From positions 47,368,001 to 47,432,000 of the forward strand of contig NC_043005.1 of the NCBI RefSeq assembly GCF_006345805.1: a DNA stretch of 64,000 nt. The letters are read 5' to 3'. This document shows positions 50,916-64,000 of the stretch, piece after piece. Numbering within the stretch: the stretch's first letter is position 1; each line of letters starts with the position of its first letter. The notes beneath the pieces were generated by a model. It worked only from the letters and a program-made list of their open reading frames with translations, was not told where the DNA came from and made no database searches. The position numbers and the translations under genes are program-made. The stretch is from Octopus sinensis (taxonomy: Eukaryota).

Positions 50916-51879
50916 TTTATATAAACACTACCATATGTGGGTATATATTAATAAATATATACATATTTACACATAAATATGTGTGTGCATATGTGTACGT
51001 ATATATATAATCAAGGAAACTACAAGGAATCTTGTGTAATGCTGCATTGGCAAGATTTGAAAAAGTACAGGTAAAATTAAAGGGGTACATTGAACTTGCT
51101 GTGAGGAGTAGAATAGCCAATGTTTTAGATGTATCCTTCATCGGGGAGTAGAGGAAAAGTGAAGTTGAAGAATGACAGAGTTCTACATCTCAGTCATTAG
51201 TTGCAGCCAGATTTTCAAGCCGAGATGTAAAACTGTTCATCTTTCTTTAACTTATATTTTTCTCTACTCTCTGATGAAGGATTACATCCAAAACATTGGC
51301 TATTCTATTCCTCAGAGCAAGTTCACTGTACCCATTTCACAATATATATATATATACTACATGTACAGGGAACTCTGTCTATGGGTGTGTTTGTTTGCGG
51401 AGTTGTTAGCTAACTCTGCCTACATTGTTTTATCAATTTTGATGACACTTGATACGTGAGTAGAAATCATGTCTGGAAACCTCATGGCATACTCAGATTG
51501 TTGAAAAATCGATAATAGGGCCCCTGGAAGGGATCTTTATGCATAACTAATATATTTTAACACCCAAGGGAAATAACCCATTCAGTTTCCTATATTATTT
51601 GCTATAAATCAAATTGAGTATGATTATTTCTTAGTATTTGAACTGTTAGAGTTATTTTCGCAATTTATCCTGTACAACCCTTAAACAAGTAAATAGTATT
51701 TTCCTAAATAATAGATCCACTTATTTTAGTTGGTGACTTATTCCAAATGTACCATGAATGATGATAGCTTTCATGTCACTTCAGCCAATTCACAAGTGCT
51801 GCATGAAAACTGTTCTGCTTTTAGACAAATGTACTGTCAACACAAAGGTCACAACCAGTTTACATGTAGGAACACCTTA

Positions 51880-52560
51880 AAATCTATCTTCCTGTACATC
51901 TTGAAAATGGCCAGTGTGTATATTTCACAGAAGACAATGCTCAAAATGTAGTTCTGAATCCATAAAAACCCACTTTGACAGCTTTCTTCAAATCATGCTA
52001 ATGTGATGTGTTTGCCCTAATACTGCTGTATGTAGAGGTCCCCGTGTGCTATACCTGGGCACACAATAGATGGAACACACGCAAGCAAGGAACAGGCTTT
52101 GAGGGCTGGGAAGAAGATGCTGTCTTCTGGAGAGGGGCCATCAGGCAGGTGTACACTGTGCACCCTAATCAGCAGGAGTGCTTCTTTCTGCACCTATTAC
52201 TATACACTGTCAGAGGTCCTACATCACTCACAGACTTTCAAAAACACAATGGGAAGTCTGCACGACCAATAGAGAAGCCTGCGCCAAACATGGTCTACTG
52301 GAGGACGATGCTCACTGGGACCAGACACTGGAGGAAGCAGCAGTCAGTGCAGCATTAAGTCAACTGTGCCAGCTATTTTCTATCATGTTGATGACATGTG
52401 GTTTTCATGAACCTCACAAGCTCATGAAACCAGCATACTAGAGGACATCTAGAAAGGATTCAAACAAAAACCTCAACGGAAATTACCACGTTCAATAATG
52501 CATTTTACAATGAGGCATTACTTGACCTGGACACCCGAGTGCAAGTTATAGGAGGTCAAG
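51880..52560 (+). mobile_element. Helitron Rep/helicase internal fragment
   Basis: LPVHLENGQCVYFTEDN..TLTAFF; LLYVEVP..YTW; RQVYTVHPNQQECFFLHLLLYTVRGPTS; REACAKHGLLEDDAHWDQTLEEAA. Confidence 0.88.
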
Positions 52561-52882
52561 GCAATTCCACATTTGGTTATTACAAAACTGACTTCACAAT
52601 TTGGGTATTCATAATTTATTGGGAATTCCTAAAAACAAAATCCTGTATAACACAGTTCGGTATTCTCTGTAAATGCACAAAATCCGATTTAAGGGCTACA
52701 TTCTTTGTATTGTTGTTATTGGATTAGCGAAACAATTATGAGAATGGAACCAAGGGATAAGGCCCACTTTTCCGGGAATTACTGGGTACGTCAGCTTCAT
52801 CATCATCATCATCATCGTTTGTATATATATATTATGTATATGTATGTGTGTGTATGTGTGTGTGTTTGTGTGTATGTATGTA

Positions 52883-52920
<38 letters not shown>

Positions 52921-52924
52921 GTAT

Positions 52925-52969
<45 letters not shown>

Positions 52970-53009
52970 GAGAGAGATATGTATATACATATGTAAGTAT
53001 ATGTATATG

Positions 53010-53162
53010 TACGTTAGAAAGGGCATCCAGCCGTAGAAACATTACCAGATCAGACTGGGTCTGGTGCAGCGTTCTGGCTTCCCAACCCCAGTTGAACCGT
53101 CCAACCCATGCTAGCATGGAAAACGGACGCTAAATGATGATGACGATGATGATGATGATGAT
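53010..53162 (+). mobile_element. RTE 3'-tail copy
   Basis: cgttagaaagggcatccagccgtagaaac...ggaaaacggacgctaaa(tga)n. Confidence 0.85.
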
Positions 53163-53415
53163 GTACAGATGAAAACAAATAATACTAATTTTGATTTATT
53201 TTTATGAGTACACATATATGCAAACACTCTCAAATTTATATATACTTATTTGAGGACATATATTAATGTACATGCCAGTGAAAGGTTATTCATACGCTAC
53301 CCATATTATCTGCTTGTATATGTCTGTTTGCAAGTTTACAAAAATCAATCCATACATTTTCTGTGTTTGTATAGACTTACATACATATATATATACACGT
53401 CATTTATATATATAA

Positions 53416-53451
<36 letters not shown>

Positions 53452-53932
53452 TCATATGTATGTATGCATGTATGTATGTATGTATACATATACGTACACA
53501 CATGCACATATATATACATATATATATATCTTTATCATCATCATTATCATCATCATCATCGTTTAATGTCCATTTTCCATACTATGCACACACACACACA
53601 CACATACACACACTTAAAATCTATAGATTTATGTTTATACACAAACATATAAAAGCAGATAAAAACATACAAATGAAAACAGATGAAAATATATGCATTC
53701 ATTAGAAATATATATTGATATCCAAATGTATTTAATAGTTTCTCAAATACTGCCAAAATTTTCCACAAAATGTACTCTACTTCTAATACATTATACAAAA
53801 ATTCTGTCAATTTTAAAATCCCTATTTGATTTATAGCTTTTGTATTTAAGACTATCGTTTAAAAACATGCCATATGCTTTAGAAAATAATATTCTGTTAA
53901 AGTTTATTCCTCACAGTATGTGATATTAATGC

Positions 53933-53975
<43 letters not shown>

Positions 53976-54455
53976 GTGATATCATATACTTGAAATATAA
54001 TGTATATATGTGTTGAGTATACCCTCATCTCTGCTTCTTCCTTCTTTGTTATCTATTTAATTAAAGAAATACCAGTGAAAACCACAAGTTTCCCATTCGT
54101 ATTGTTATTATATCCATTTTCTTCACACACACACACATATATAATATATAGATTAGAGAAAAACCACTATCATGCAATTCAAACAATGATAGACATAAAC
54201 CAAATCATAAATGAAAAATAAAATATATTTTAAAACATATAACTAGATCAGAAAAAGTACAAAAATGAATAAACAATATATAATAAGTGAACAATATATA
54301 AGTGAAAAATGAATAAACAATTATGATATGTGGTTTGTGCCTGAAGAATATGTTTGGTATTTCTCAAAATATGAAACTGTTAGTAGTGCTTTAATACATG
54401 TATTGTGCTCTTTAAATAAATAATATTCATCTCTGGATATGTATGTATGAATATG

Positions 54456-54521
<66 letters not shown>

Positions 54522-54523
54522 CA

Positions 54524-54630
54524 TACAATGTGTGTTCAAAAGTATCCAACTTTATTCTTTTTGCCACCCCAGTGAATGTCATGTTGGCAAAATCCTCTGG
54601 ATGGGAGATGATGCCACCCATCCTGCACAT
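54524..54630 (+). mobile_element. Mariner left-end fragment (duplicated at ~56265-56370)
   Basis: tacaatgtgtgttcaaaagtatccaactttatt...cctgcacatg is similar to 44832-44940. Confidence 0.6.
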
Positions 54631-54659
54631 GCTTTGCACTGTAGGCCACATTAGTTCCA

Positions 54660-55110
54660 AACTGTGGAGGAATTACAACCGTGTTTTGTGGTCTGCTACC
54701 ACAACAGCTCCTTTATAGGATCCAGTTAGCTCAAGACATCATCAGGAGGAACCACATCCGGTTTCGGCCCCTACTCCTGTACCGTTTTGATGTGGCAGGG
54801 CGCCCCCCCTTTCGGAGGTGTCTTCAGCTCTGGTGTTGGGTGCATGTCTTCTTTCTTCTTTCTTCTGTTCCCTGGCCTCTTCGATGTATTGTCAGTGAGT
54901 GTCAGCCGGTGACTGACTGTCTTGTCAAATTTCTCCCTTTAAATACATGCCGCTTAGGCTCCAGCAGGTAGCCCCAGCAAGTTGTACCTAGAGTACAGAT
55001 GTGTAGTAGATGCTCATCAAACTTTTGTTTTGATACAAGAACTCCAAATACATCAGAGACCATAAATTTATGCCTCATATATATTCTAAGCCATTTGTTG
55101 CTACCATAAT
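54660..55110 (-). mobile_element. Possible piggyBac-like transposase C-terminal relic (duplicated at ~56400-56850)
   Basis: Weak motifs GSNKWLRIY and GPKPDVVPPDDV; heavily degraded. Confidence 0.3.
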
Positions 55111-55265
55111 AATTTTTTGTGTTTACTGACATACCAACATACATCGTTACCACTCAACCAGTCCATATTTTTACATAAAACTACGGTTTCATATAGGCTA
55201 CTTATTATTCTTCTGATACAGACATGCATACATATATATAAATGTGTGAGTGTGTATTATTGTAT

Positions 55266-55650
55266 TGTTGTATTTCGGGATGGTTATTTTATTAATTTTT
55301 TTTTTTCTGACAAATATACACATGCATTATATGTTCATTCTTCACTCATTTATTATTGTTCTTATTTTAACTCAGGTCCATTGTCAGCCAGAAATCTTTT
55401 GTCACACATCTGTGACCTCTTCAACAACACTTTCCATCCTTCGTGTGTGCTCCTGCTTACAATAGACTAAGCGGAGCAGGAGCATACATGAGGACAGAAA
55501 GTATCACTGAAGAGGTCACAAATGCGTAATGAAAGATTGCCAGACAATGGACATGAGTTAATATATGAACAGTAATGAATGAGTGAAGAGCAAATGTATA
55601 CTGCATGTGTTATTTGGCAAAAAAAAAAATTACCTTCCTGAAATGCAACA
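55266..55650. mobile_element. Palindromic (fold-back) MITE-like element; second copy ~57010-57393; one-armed relative at ~4460-4660
   Basis: Arms 55266-55457 and 55475-55650 are reverse complements at roughly 75% identity, e.g. cttcactcattt/aatgagtgaag, gtccattgtc/gacaatggac, gacctcttca/tgaagaggtc, tgctcctgct/agcaggagca. Confidence 0.75.
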
Positions 55651-56207
55651 TTAGTCTAAACACATGGTTTCAAACACACACACACCCACATATATATATA
55701 TATATATAATATATATATATATACATATGTGATATCATATACTTGAAATATAATGTATATATGTGTTGAGTATACCCTCATCTCTGCTTCTTCCTTCTTT
55801 GTTATCTATTTAATTAAAGAAATACCAGTGAAAACCACAAGTTCCCATTCGTATTGTTATTATATCCATTTTCTTCACACACACACACATATATAATATA
55901 TAGATTAGAGAAAAACCACTATCATGCAATTCAAACAATGATAGACATAAACCAAATCATAAATGAAAAATAAAATATATTTTAAAACATATAACTAGAT
56001 CAGAAAAAGTACAAAAATGAATAAACAATATATAATAAGTGAACAATATATAAGTGAAAAATGAATAAACAATTATGATATGTGGTTTGTGCCTGAAGAA
56101 TATGTTTGGTATTTCTCAAAATATGAAACTGTTAGTAGTGCTTTAATACATGTATTGTGCTCTTTAAATAAATAATATTCATCTCTGGATATGTATGTAT
56201 GAATATG

Positions 56208-56241
<34 letters not shown>

Positions 56242-57429
56242 TATATGTATGTATGTATGTATGTACATACAATGTGTGTTCAAAAGTATCCAACTTTATT
56301 CTTTTTGCCACCCCAGTGAATGTCATGTTGGCAAAATCCTCTGGATGGGAGATGATGCCACCCATCCTGCACATGCTTTGCACTGTAGGCCACATTAGTT
56401 CCAAACTGTGGAGGAATTACAACCGTGTTTTGTGGTCTGCTACCACAACAGCTCCTTTATAGGATCCAGTTAGCTCAAGACATCATCAGGAGGAACCACA
56501 TCCGGTTTCAGCCCCTACTCCTCTACCGTTTTGATGTGGCAGGGCGCCCCCCCTTTCGGAGGTGTCTTCAGCTCTGGTGTTGGGTGCATGTCTTCTTTCT
56601 TCTTTCTTCTGTCCCTGGCCTCTTCGATGTATTGTCAGTGAGTGTCAGCCGGTGACTGACTGTCTTGTCAAATTTCTCCCTTTAAATACATGCCGCTTAG
56701 GCTCCAGCAGGTAGCCCCAGCAAGTTGTACCTAGAGTACAGATGTGTAGTAGATGCTCATCAAACTTTTGTTTTGATACAAGAACTCCAAATACATCAGA
56801 GACCATAAATTTATGCCTCATATATATTCTAAGCCATTTGTTGCTACCATAATAATTTTTTGTGTTTACTGACATACCAACATACATCGTTACCACTCAA
56901 CCAGTCCATATTTTTACATAAAACTACGGTTTCATATAGGCTACTTATTATTCTTCTGATACAGACATGCATACATATATATAAATGTGTGAGTGTGTAT
57001 TATTGTATTGTTGTATTTCGGGATGGTTATTTTATTTATTTTTTTTTTTCTGACAAATATACACATGCATTATATGTTCATTCTTCACTCATTTATTATT
57101 GTTCTTATTTTAACTCAGGTCCATTGTCAGCCAGAAATCTTTTGTCATACATCTGTGACCTCTTCAACAACACTTTCCATCCTTCGTGTGTGCTCCTGCT
57201 TACAATAGACTAAGCGGAGCAGGAGCATACATGAGGACAGAAAGTATCACTGAAGAGGTCACAAATGCGTAATGAAAGATTGCCAGACAATGGACATGAG
57301 TTAATATATGAACAGTAATGAATGAGTGAAGAGCAAATGTATACTGCATGTGTTTATTTGGCAAAAAAAAAAATTACCTTCCTGAAATGCAACATTAGTC
57401 TAAACACATGTTTCAAACACACACACACC

Positions 57430-57472
<43 letters not shown>

Positions 57473-57649
57473 TGATGGGTTGATAGTCGCCATTTTATAT
57501 TCTTTATATCATGCATGCCCTTTGTTTTTGATTTTATCAACAACACAGTATAGAAGGGTCAGCTAGGAACTGTCTGTGAGAAAATCAGCACCATAATGCA
57601 ATTCACTCTGCCAGAAATTTGGAAACCACATCCTTGGTTAAGTGTAAAC

Positions 57650-58850
57650 CACTCTTCAAGGTATTCGTTGATGTGGAGAAGATATTTGGCAGACTTCAGC
57701 ATTCAGTAATTTGGTGGATACTAAGATAACTAGGTGTTGATGAATGGCTTATAAGGGCAATACAAACAATGTACAGAGATGCAGCAAATTAAGTAAGCAT
57801 CAACACCTATTCCAGAAATAGATTAATTTAGTTTTTAAAACAGGAGTCTATCAAAGTTTAATCCTGTCTCTTCCTTCTTGTCATTGTCTAATAGACTGCC
57901 ATAGAGGAGTTTCAGATTTGCTGCCTATAGGACGTTATATATACTTATGATCTAGATCTTATATCTCATAGCTAACCCATTGCAGAATTAAAGAGGAAAT
58001 TTCATTTATTGAAGCTAGCCCCAGAATCAAGAGGCCTCAAGGTATAATGAAGGCTTTAGTGAATAGGACACTAGATAGATCCCAGGTATTTTCAGGGAAA
58101 AGATCTTGCTTGGTATGTAGAAAAGAAGTAGGTATAAAGTCCATATGGTGTACTCAATGTAAGCTATGAAGACACACAAGAGCTGTAGAGGAATCACAGA
58201 GAGACAAAGATAATAAGCTTCATATGTGATTGACGCATTGGAGCAGTATCTACCATGAGCATACCAAAATTAAACTCTGGCTCACTAGAAGTATAATAGT
58301 ATACAGTTTTTGTTTCCAAAAAGATGGTAATTAACAGAAATTGTGGTTGCTTTGAAAATATAGTAGCCAGACTAAGAATAAGTTCTAAAACGTTGAGGAA
58401 GCTTCTATCACTGCTAGCAACAAATATCTTTTCCCTCAGAGTGAAGGGTAGTTGAATAATGCTTATATCAGAACTATGATGTTGCATAGTAATGAGACAT
58501 GGGATTTGAATGTAGAGGATTTGAGAAGACTGGAGAGAAATGAAGCTCACATGCTCTGCTGGTTGTGCAATGTAAGGATACAAAGTGCAAATATATTGAG
58601 TGAAATACTGGACATAAGAGGAATCAGGGCAAATGTGCAAGAGAGAACACTGTACATGTATGATATGGATGAGGCCAACTCTGTAAAGAAGTTTACATCT
58701 CTTAATATAGGTGAAGCTTGAGGGAGAGGTAAAACCAGAAAGACATGGGGTGAAGTTGGAAAGCTGGTCAAAGGACGTTGGATTTCATGGAGAAAATGAC
58801 AAGGTATCAGAATAACTGATATGGTGTTCTCAAGAAGAATTATCCATTTT
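57650..58850 (+). mobile_element. Old RTE LINE RT relic
   Basis: FVDVEKIF..VIWWILR*LGVDEWLIRAIQTMYRDAA; RTMMLHSNETWDLNVEDLRRLERNEAHMLCWLCNV; GRGKTRKTWGEV. Confidence 0.85.
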
Positions 58851-58989
58851 GATAGATGTGAAATTCTGGAAACAGAATATGTATATATATAAATGCACAT
58901 CTGCCCTTCCTCCAACTAATTTCCTCCTCAAGACATCCCTGCCACCCATCATCTATCTAATTTGCAGTATTCTACTACTATAATTAAAA

Positions 58990-59195
58990 TAAGGTGGGAA
59001 GCTAGAACAGTTAGCACCCTTGGGCAAAATGCTTAGCGGTATTTCATCCATCTTTACATTCTGCGTTCAAATTCTGTCGAGATTGACTTTGCATTTTATC
59101 CTTTCAGGATCGATAAAATAAGTACCAGTTGAACTCTGGGGGTCAATTTACCCCAACCCCAAACTTACTGACCTTGTGCCAAAATTTTAAATCAA
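58990..59195 (+). mobile_element. SINE family B, diverged
   Basis: ggtgggaagctagaacagttagc..gactttgcattttatcctttcaggatcgataaaataagtacc. Confidence 0.7.
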
Positions 59196-60392
59196 TATGT
59201 ATATACAAAGTACTGCATGTAAACCGTGCCATTGTTGCAAAGCAGACGTAAAAATGGTGATGACGATGATGATGTTGATTGTAATGATGATGATGGTGAT
59301 GATGATATATATGCATAAATCTTTGTGTGTTTATGCTCTTTCACTCTCACTCCCTTTCTCTTTCTCTCTCTTTCACTCTCTCTCTCTCTTTCCCTCTCTC
59401 CCTCTCTCTCTCACTGTATCAATCTATCTATTTATTGATAGAGAGAAACATAGAAAGAGAGAGGTAGATACGGATAAAGATACTAATATGTATATGTATG
59501 TGTATAGACATATTTACAAATACATGCACATATGCACACACACCTCACTTATTATACACAGAGGGAGGAAGGAGGGAGAAGGAGAAAATTATACAGACGT
59601 GTGTGTATGCTTGTGTGTGTGTGTGTGTGTCTGCTTTGTGTATGTATGCGTGTATAATTAAATGTGCATTATATCTGTATGTGCGTGTATATGAACTTGC
59701 ATTTATTGCATATCTGTTTGAGTATGTCTCAATATATGTATATGAAATTCTAGACAAGAAGAATTTATGTTGCAACATATCTTTGAAAATGTATAAGCTA
59801 ATGTGGTTTCAGGTAGTTTTATTAGTTATTTGATAGAGGTGGGGCTATCTTGCTGTAATTAATGCTAAGCCAATGCCATGCTAGAAAACTGCTTGAATTG
59901 AAAGATATTGCTGTGAAATTTCAGTCAGATTCCTGTCAAAGAAATTTGGCACATAAAGAAAATTATTCCTTATAGTTTATTTCTTAGATACAGCCATGCA
60001 CTCTAATATTAGATTATTTATTATCTTCACTTCAAAAATCTTTATATCATAAAAATACGACATATATATTTCAGACAGATATAATGTAGGAAATTTGATT
60101 AAAATAGTCATAATAATAATAATAATGACAAGTAGTGATGATGATGCTGCTGCTGCTGCTGATGATAATACGATGATGACTATGGCGAAGGTGGTAGTGA
60201 TGGCGGTGATGATTATAATGATGGTGATGGTGATGGTAGTAGTGGTGATGGTGGTGGTGATGAGAATAAACCTTTCTTTATTGGCCAGAAGAACGCTCAA
60301 CATACAATACAAAATGTGTTATATAAAAAGGTTACAAAATATGTAGGGATGTAAAATAGATACATACATACATATATATAGATATATAGATG

Positions 60393-60700
60393 CAGACGTG
60401 GCTGAGTGGTAAGAAATTTCCATCCTAACCACATGGTTCTAGGTTCAGTCTCACTGTGTGGTGCATTGGGCAAATGTCTTCTACTATAGCCTCGGTAGGT
60501 CCAAAACTTTGTGAGTGGATGTAGTAGATGAAAACCCAATGTAATGTGTGTGTGTGTGTGTCTTTGTGTCTATGTTTGTCTCCAATCACCACTTGACAAG
60601 TTTGATGTGTTTATGTCCCCATAACTTACCAGTTTGGTAAAAGAGACTGATAGGATAAGTACCAGGCTTTACAAAAATAAGTATCGCAATCAATTTGTTT
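60393..60700 (+). mobile_element. SINE family C
   Basis: gcagacgtggctgagtggtaag..ggttcagtctc..aaagagactgataggataagtacc. Confidence 0.8.
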
Positions 60701-60709
60701 ACGTAAAAT

Positions 60710-60895
60710 CCTTCCCCACCTGGACAGGAAGCTGGTCTATTGCAGGATTAGGCACTTTTGCCAGCTGAGTGGACTACATCAACGTGAAATGAAGTGTTTT
60801 TGTACAAGGACATGTGTTGCCTTGTCCAGGAATTGAAACCACAATCTTACGATCATGAGTCCAACACTCTCAACACCAAGTCATGCACCTCCACT
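60710..60895 (-). mobile_element. tRNA-derived CORE-like SINE, diverged
   Basis: Minus strand ggaggtgcatgacttgg..ggtttcaattcctgg..gtccttgtacaaaacacttcatttcac. Confidence 0.6.
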
Positions 60896-61088
60896 AATGA
60901 CATATGCATACCCTCACATAAACATTCTCTGTACACATATACCTACATAAATGCTGACACACTGCCATTACCACTCACCCATGATCTCATTTTCCTACCC
61001 ATTTGCTTGCCCTCTACACAACAGCACCACTTTCACATATACATGTTTCTCTACACTGCTACCCCTTCCCCATAACTTCACACCTCCC

Positions 61089-61128
<40 letters not shown>

Positions 61129-61654
61129 ACACACACAGAGTTCATGTCTTCTCCCATCTTGCCCCCTTCACATCATAAGGTGGCATATTTATATATATAC
61201 ATACACACACACATATATATACACACATACATACATACATACATACATACGTACATACATGCATATATATATACACATATATAAACCGATTATAGAATGG
61301 AATAGTTATAGATTTAAAGTTATGAATTTACAAAATTTCAGTTAGATTATTTATTTATTTATTTATTTATGATTAATCATGTTCATATAACATCTCTGTA
61401 AAAATTTAGAAATTATAAATATATTCATTTGATATTTTTCGTCAAATAGTTAAGAAGTTATGTTAATCTGATGAAGCATCATTACATATTCAAACGGATT
61501 TGGTTATTCTTGAAAAACCTTCATTTGTGAGTGAAGCAGAAACAACTGTAATTTAAGAGATGTGTCATTTGTTTGTATAAAATTTTGAAATTGAATTGAA
61601 TATATAATTGTTCAATTTATTGTTTTGGTTTTCCATTTCTGATTCATATTTATT

Positions 61655-61905
61655 GTGCCAGTGGCACATAAAAAGCACCATCCGTTCGTGGCCGTTTGCC
61701 AGCTCTGTCTGGCACCTGTGCAGGTGGCACGTAAAAAGCACCCACTACACTCACGGAGTGGTTGGCGTTAGGAAGGGCATCCAGCCGTAGAAACACTGCC
61801 AGATCTGACTAGGCCTGATGAAGCCTTCCGGCTTCACAGACCCCAGTTGAACCGTCCAACCCATGCTAGCATGGAAAACGGACGCTAAACGATGATGATG
61901 ATGAT
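61655..61905 (+). mobile_element. RTE 3'UTR copy with two micro-units
   Basis: gtggcacataaaaagcaccatccg..gccagctctgtctggcacctgtgcaggtggcacgtaaaaagcacc, then the standard tail. Confidence 0.88.
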
Positions 61906-62829
61906 AAACTGTATGTTTATTTAACTATTGAAGTAACATTGCTATTGATATAGGTAATATAAACCAGTAAATTCTTCGGATATTTAATATCCCTTAGGTG
62001 TATTTACACCTAGTTAAACTGTTATATATATATATACTGTTGTGTCTGGGAAGAGTCGTCCTCTTTTAGTGCCTTACAATTTAACACACTCACCTGTAAA
62101 ATTTCCACTTATTTCGATTACATTTTTCTAAAATTTTCGTTTTCACCTTGCAACCTTTTCAATAGTTTTGACTCTGTCCGTTATTCACACTGCATTCCTT
62201 TATGTTTGTTTGTGTGCTTGTGTATGTATGTATGCATGTGAGTGTATGCATGTGAGTGTATGCATGTGAGTGTATGCATGTATGCATGTGTGTGCATATG
62301 TATATATTTATGTATGTGTGTATATTTGTACATATGTACTCTGCATATTCACGTGTTTGCGTGTCCGTGTTTGTGTGCTTTTATGTATGTGTGCATGTGT
62401 GTTTGTGTATGTGTGTGTGTACCTCTGTCTACTTGTGTGTGCATGTCTGAGTGTGTGTGTGTGTGTGCGTGTGCTTTGCAACTATGTACCGTGTTTGTAT
62501 GTATGGATGTGCATCTCCATATGTGTGGACGTGTGTCTCCATATGTGTCCTTGAGTGAAGTAAAGTGTGTGCGCGTGTGTGTGTGTGTGTGTGTATGGTC
62601 ATGTGTTTCAGTCTCCATTTGTGTATGTGTTCTTGTCTGTTCATATAAACTATGTACCTATCCATCTGTATGTTGATCTGTTTACTTTCATATCCATATG
62701 CTTTTATAAATGTGCATATACATATATATAAATACATACACCCACACACACACATACACACATCTATCTACATAACAGACTAACTATTCTACTCTACCTG
62801 TGTAAACTGTGGGTATGGGGGGTATGATA

Positions 62830-63070
62830 TCTACTATGTATATTTCTTATTTAGTATTGGGAAAGTTTCATTTATGAAGATGTACTCATGTATTTGTCTG
62901 AGTGTCGGGTCTTTTGGGTGCTTGGATAAGATGTGGATGTCAAGTTGACCCAGGTTGCCTCCATGTTGGTCCTTGGCATGTTGGTATAGTATGGAGGACT
63001 GTTGGTAACTGATGTATTTTGAATAACATATTTTACATTATGTCTCGGTTATTAATGTAGTATATGTCTG
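62830..63070 (-). mobile_element. Penelope-like GIY-YIG C-terminal fragment
   Basis: Minus frame reads SILYQHAKDQHGGNLGQLDIHILSKHPKDPTLRQIHEYIFINETFPILNKK, resembling the end of PLE GIY-YIG domains. Confidence 0.6.
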
Positions 63071-63094
63071 ATATCATTTATCTTTTAGTCTTTT

Positions 63095-63445
63095 AACTAT
63101 TTCAGTCATTAGGCTGTGGCCATGCTGGGGTATTGCCTTGAAGAATTTTAGTCAGACAAATCGCCCCTAGTACTAAATTTTTATATTTTGTGAAACCTGG
63201 TACTTATTCTATCAGTTTTTACCAAACTGCTAAGTTACAGGGACGTAAACACACCAACACCAGTTGTCAAGCAGTGGTGAGGGACAAACACAGGCACAAA
63301 GACACAAATACACGCACACACACACACACAAAATGGGCTTCTTTCAGTTTCTCTCAACCAAATCCACTCACAGGGCTTTGGTCAGCCCAAGCTATAGTAG
63401 AAGACACTTACTTAAAGTACCATGCAGTGGGGTTGAACCTGGAAC
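63095..63445 (-). mobile_element. SINE family C
   Basis: Reverse complement, full length. Confidence 0.85.
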
Positions 63446-64000
63446 CATGTGGTCAGCAAGCAAACTCACCACAGAACCATACCTTTAATTTTGTTATACA
63501 TCATCATACATATATAAATATTATGGTAACACACACATGCTGTTTTTATTTATTCCCCATACAGTCCTGTCAAGCTGATCTGTGATAGAAGATGATTCAC
63601 TTATGGCCAATGAGTGCTTTGTTTCATAATTTATCTAAGACTAATTTAATGCATACTTCTTGATCACAATTATTTACTGATGTCTTTTGATTAATGTTAT
63701 TTACACTAAGTTTTAATGTAGCTCATGCACTATAATTTTATTATTAATCATCATGTGTAATATGCTATTTCTATATATGAATTTATATACAAACATGTTA
63801 TTGTTGTTTAGCATAAAGCAATTTCAATGAAGCGGATCCATGGTCAAAGACATTCAAACAGTTTTAATTAGGATTAAACTAACAAATGTGTTTTTCTATT
63901 ATTTTAAACATTAAGAACTTATCTGAAGTAGATTTGGTTGCTATTTCTCATAGGTTGAGTGAGTGCTTAGAGCAGGAGTTCTCATTAATTTTTTTTGTCT

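Larger units (their letters stand above)
53930..57470 (+). repeat. Tandem duplication, two ~1.75-kb near-identical copies
   Basis: catatgtgatatcatatac at 53971 and 55724; cacacccaca(ta)n at 55681 and 57424; junctions lie in (TA)n. Confidence 0.95.

Noticed and set aside
149-63585. Most ORFs in the supplied track (YI-, CV-, HT-, MYVC-, poly-H/T/P-rich)
   Set aside because: They are translations of microsatellites, SINEs or the RTE UTR array.

Overview
AT-rich eukaryotic non-coding DNA, densely packed with microsatellites and transposable elements. The SINE/LINE repertoire looks like an octopus (coleoid cephalopod); this is inferred from family recognition, not from a database search. I found no host protein-coding gene I can support, and almost all of the ORF track comes from microsatellites. 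Recognisable content: a 5'-truncated young RTE LINE (45.6-50.2 kb; APE, RT and a PHD-like finger) with an expanded modular 3'UTR; an ORF-less concatemer of that 3'UTR on the opposite strand (5.1-7.4 kb); older RTE, I/Nimb-like, CR1-like, RLE-type and Penelope relics; Tc1/mariner, Helitron and possible piggyBac fragments; several tRNA-derived SINE families; and a ~1.75-kb near-identical tandem duplication. The most notable signals are: (i) short repeats carrying minimal type I hammerhead-ribozyme motifs, one enclosed in a perfect 32-bp inverted repeat; (ii) a conserved-stem/variable-loop hairpin array and higher-order repeat in the RTE 3'UTR; (iii) several long fold-back structures (a perfect 29-bp hairpin, a ~300-bp LINE inverted repeat, a ~385-bp palindromic element). 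Boundaries of degraded elements are approximate.
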